Shown in pieces: positions 62,273 to 64,000 of a DNA stretch of 64,000 nucleotides. Origin of the DNA: an uncultured bacterium. Lineage in GTDB: Bacteria; Chloroflexota; UBA5177; JANWHV01. Position 1 is the stretch's first letter, and each line of letters opens with the position of its first letter. The notes beneath the pieces were generated by a model. That model did no database searches. It was not told where the DNA came from and worked only from the letters and a program-made list of their open reading frames with translations. Made by a program: the position numbers and the translations under genes. The stretch lies in assembly GCA_963729625.1 (NCBI GenBank), contig CAVSOU010000010.1:1248001-1312000 (forward strand), written 5' to 3'.

Positions 62273-63150
62273 GACCTCTGGGTCGCCCCGAGGTCGCGCT
62301 GCGCCACCAACTCGAGGAGCAACGCGAGCACTTCTGCGCGGTCCCTTCCGCTAAGCGCCAGGGCAAGTTGCGCGTTGAGAAGGCCGTACCTGGCGCCAAC
62401 GTCGTACCGCCAAGCACGCTCCTCGAGGGCCAGGTATCTCTCCCGCTCGGCCAGCCTGGCCAGTGCCGCGGAAAGCGTGGTCGCGGCCGTGGCCTCGGCC
62501 ACCTGGTCGCTCAGGATCCCCATGATCGTGGGTGTGAGCACGTGCATCCCGAAGAAGCAAAGGTAGTGCCCGGTGCGCAGACCAGGGACGGCAAGCTTGA
62601 GCTCCGCCTCGGTTGGCGTCGGCTTCTCAATGACCGTCTCGACCAGGTAGAGTTCCCGGTGTCCCTGGATGTGGCGGCCCCCGATGGCGCCGAAGTAGGG
62701 GAGCAGACTCTCCCGCGTGGCCTGCACGGTCGAGACCGCGCATTCCTGGGCGGTGGCTGTCTCGACCAACTGTCGGGCGCACGACTTCTCGCTCCCGGAG
62801 ACGTAGAGGTGATCACCGACGAGGTGCAGGAAGGACTCGCCGCCGACAAAGTCGCGGGCGCAGTAGACGGCATGACCGTACCCTAGAGGGCGCTCCTGGC
62901 GGATGAACGTCACATTGGCGCTGCGGTATCCGTGACCCAGGCCATCTCGGTCGCCAATTGCCTCCTGGTAAGACGTTTCATCTCCGGGGGCGACGACCAC
63001 CCCAATTTCCTCGATGCCGGCGCTCACGGCTTCCTCGACAAAGATCTGGAGCAGAGGTTTCTCGACGCCATCGCGGTCAATGAGCATCTGGACGGGCAGG
63101 GTGCGCTGACCGGGCCCGGCCGCCGTGATTACTGCCTTGGTTACATTCAT
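62269..63150 (-). CDS. Sugar-phosphate nucleotidyltransferase (GalU-like, divergent)
   Basis: 'KAVITAAG', 'KPLLQ..VEEA..AGIEEI', '[12 protein letters not shown]', 'LVGD', 'VIEKP', 'RYDVG'. Overlaps the next gene by 4 nt. Confidence 0.85.
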   Translation of the reverse strand: MNVTKAVITAAGPGQRTLPVQMLIDRDGVEKPLLQIFVEEAVSAGIEEIGVVVAPGDETSYQEAIGDRDGLGHGYRSANVTFIRQERPLGYGHAVYCARDFVGGESFLHLVGDHLYVSGSEKSCARQLVETATAQECAVSTVQATRESLLPYFGAIGGRHIQGHRELYLVETVIEKPTPTEAELKLAVPGLRTGHYLCFFGMHVLTPTIMGILSDQVAEATAATTLSAALARLAERERYLALEERAWRYDVGARYGLLNAQLALALSGRDRAEVLALLLELVAQRDLGATQRS

Positions 63151-63438
63151 CGCCGTCGGCCACTCCTTGTCGTGCTGCGCCGTCCAGGATGTGCCAGCGG
63201 AGCACCCTGACACAGATCCCTTCAGGCCGGTGGAGAGGCCCGCAGCATCTCTCGGGCTTGCCTCGCCTGGCCCTCTGTCAAGGTCGCTGCAATGGTGTCA
63301 TTCCTCGGCGCCCCCACCAACGTTAGGATATCCGCTATCAACACGTAGTGGGCCTGCCCACAGTTCGAGCACGACGTTCCGGTCCTAGAGAGCAGTTCAG
63401 CTTCAACGCAAGACGGTTCGCTCACCGTGACCGCCGCG

Positions 63439-64000
63439 CTACGGATAGGCGGCGGTCCCATCTGGCGTGCGCGTCTGAGTCCATTCGATCCGCTCATTCG
63501 TGCAAGGATAGCGAGCCGCTTGCTGCTCGTCGAGATCGATGCCCAGGCCAGGTCGGTCCGTTGGATACATGTATCCCGCCCGGACCTGCGGGCAGCCAGG
63601 GAAGACGACCTGCTCCTCCTCGGAAAATCCGGACCACTCTTGCACGCCGAAGTTGGGGCTGGACAGGTCGAGGTGAAGGTTCGCCGCGTGGCCCACCGGC
63701 GACACGTCCGCTGGACCATGCCAGGCGGTGCGCACGCCGAACGTCTCGCACAGGGCAGCCAGCTTGCGCGCCGGCGTCAGCCCGCCGATGGCGCTGATGT
63801 GCACCCGGATAAAGTCGATCAGACGGCCACTGATCAGCGGAATCCACTCCGCCGGGTTGACGAACAGCTCACCCATGGCGATGGGGACGGCACATTGCCG
63901 GCGGATGGCCTGGAACCATTCGTTCTGCTCAGGCGGCAACGGATCCTCGAGAAAGAACAAGCGATAGGGCTCCAGCGCCTTGGCAAGTCGCACGGCGTCG
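63439..64000 (-). CDS. Enolase-superfamily sugar-acid dehydratase (mannonate dehydratase RspA/ManD-like), 5' end outside the window
   Basis: 'LFFLEDP', 'PIAMGELF', 'DFIR', 'TAWHGPADVSPVG', 'NFGVQE', 'PGLGID', 'RTPDGT'. Confidence 0.85.
   Translation of the reverse strand, partial: DAVRLAKALEPYRLFFLEDPLPPEQNEWFQAIRRQCAVPIAMGELFVNPAEWIPLISGRLIDFIRVHISAIGGLTPARKLAALCETFGVRTAWHGPADVSPVGHAANLHLDLSSPNFGVQEWSGFSEEEQVVFPGCPQVRAGYMYPTDRPGLGIDLDEQQAARYPCTNERIEWTQTRTPDGTAAYP

Overview
This is GC-rich bacterial DNA. The gene content (F420-dependent nitroreductase, DUF2079-type GT-C protein, Thr/Pro-rich secreted proteins, XRE-STAND-TPR regulators) is compatible with a Chloroflexota-like soil organism, which is an inference. 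I found no rRNA, tRNA or CRISPR array. 1-7 kb: a heavily frameshifted sugar-utilisation operon (ABC transporter, PMI-like cupin, sugar epimerase, rbsD, DUF6259-like hydrolase). 7-22 kb: mixed metabolic genes, a patch of gene fragments and three paralogous tandem-YbjQ genes. About 21.9-47.1 kb: an island bounded by two near-identical ~1.1-kb direct repeats that each contain a ferritin gene. The island carries an IS66-family element, an IS1182-like remnant, an intact-looking IS1380-family element and two tandem XRE-STAND-TPR regulators. It also carries the best novelty candidate: a co-oriented six-gene operon (30.5-43.1 kb) of unassignable, mostly exported proteins. At its centre are a ~1550-aa protein with a twin-arginine-like signal and a translationally coupled, signal-less ~1315-aa partner, preceded by two coiled-coil/TM/beta-repeat paralogues. 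47-64 kb: a candidate RAPP arrest peptide, FAD oxidase/SnoaL/ABM genes, a chimeric HD-LuxR::membrane ORF, DUF2079, SPFH, and a sugar-salvage-like cluster with a GHMP kinase-UDP-sugar pyrophosphorylase fusion. All family calls come from motif recognition only; no searches were run.
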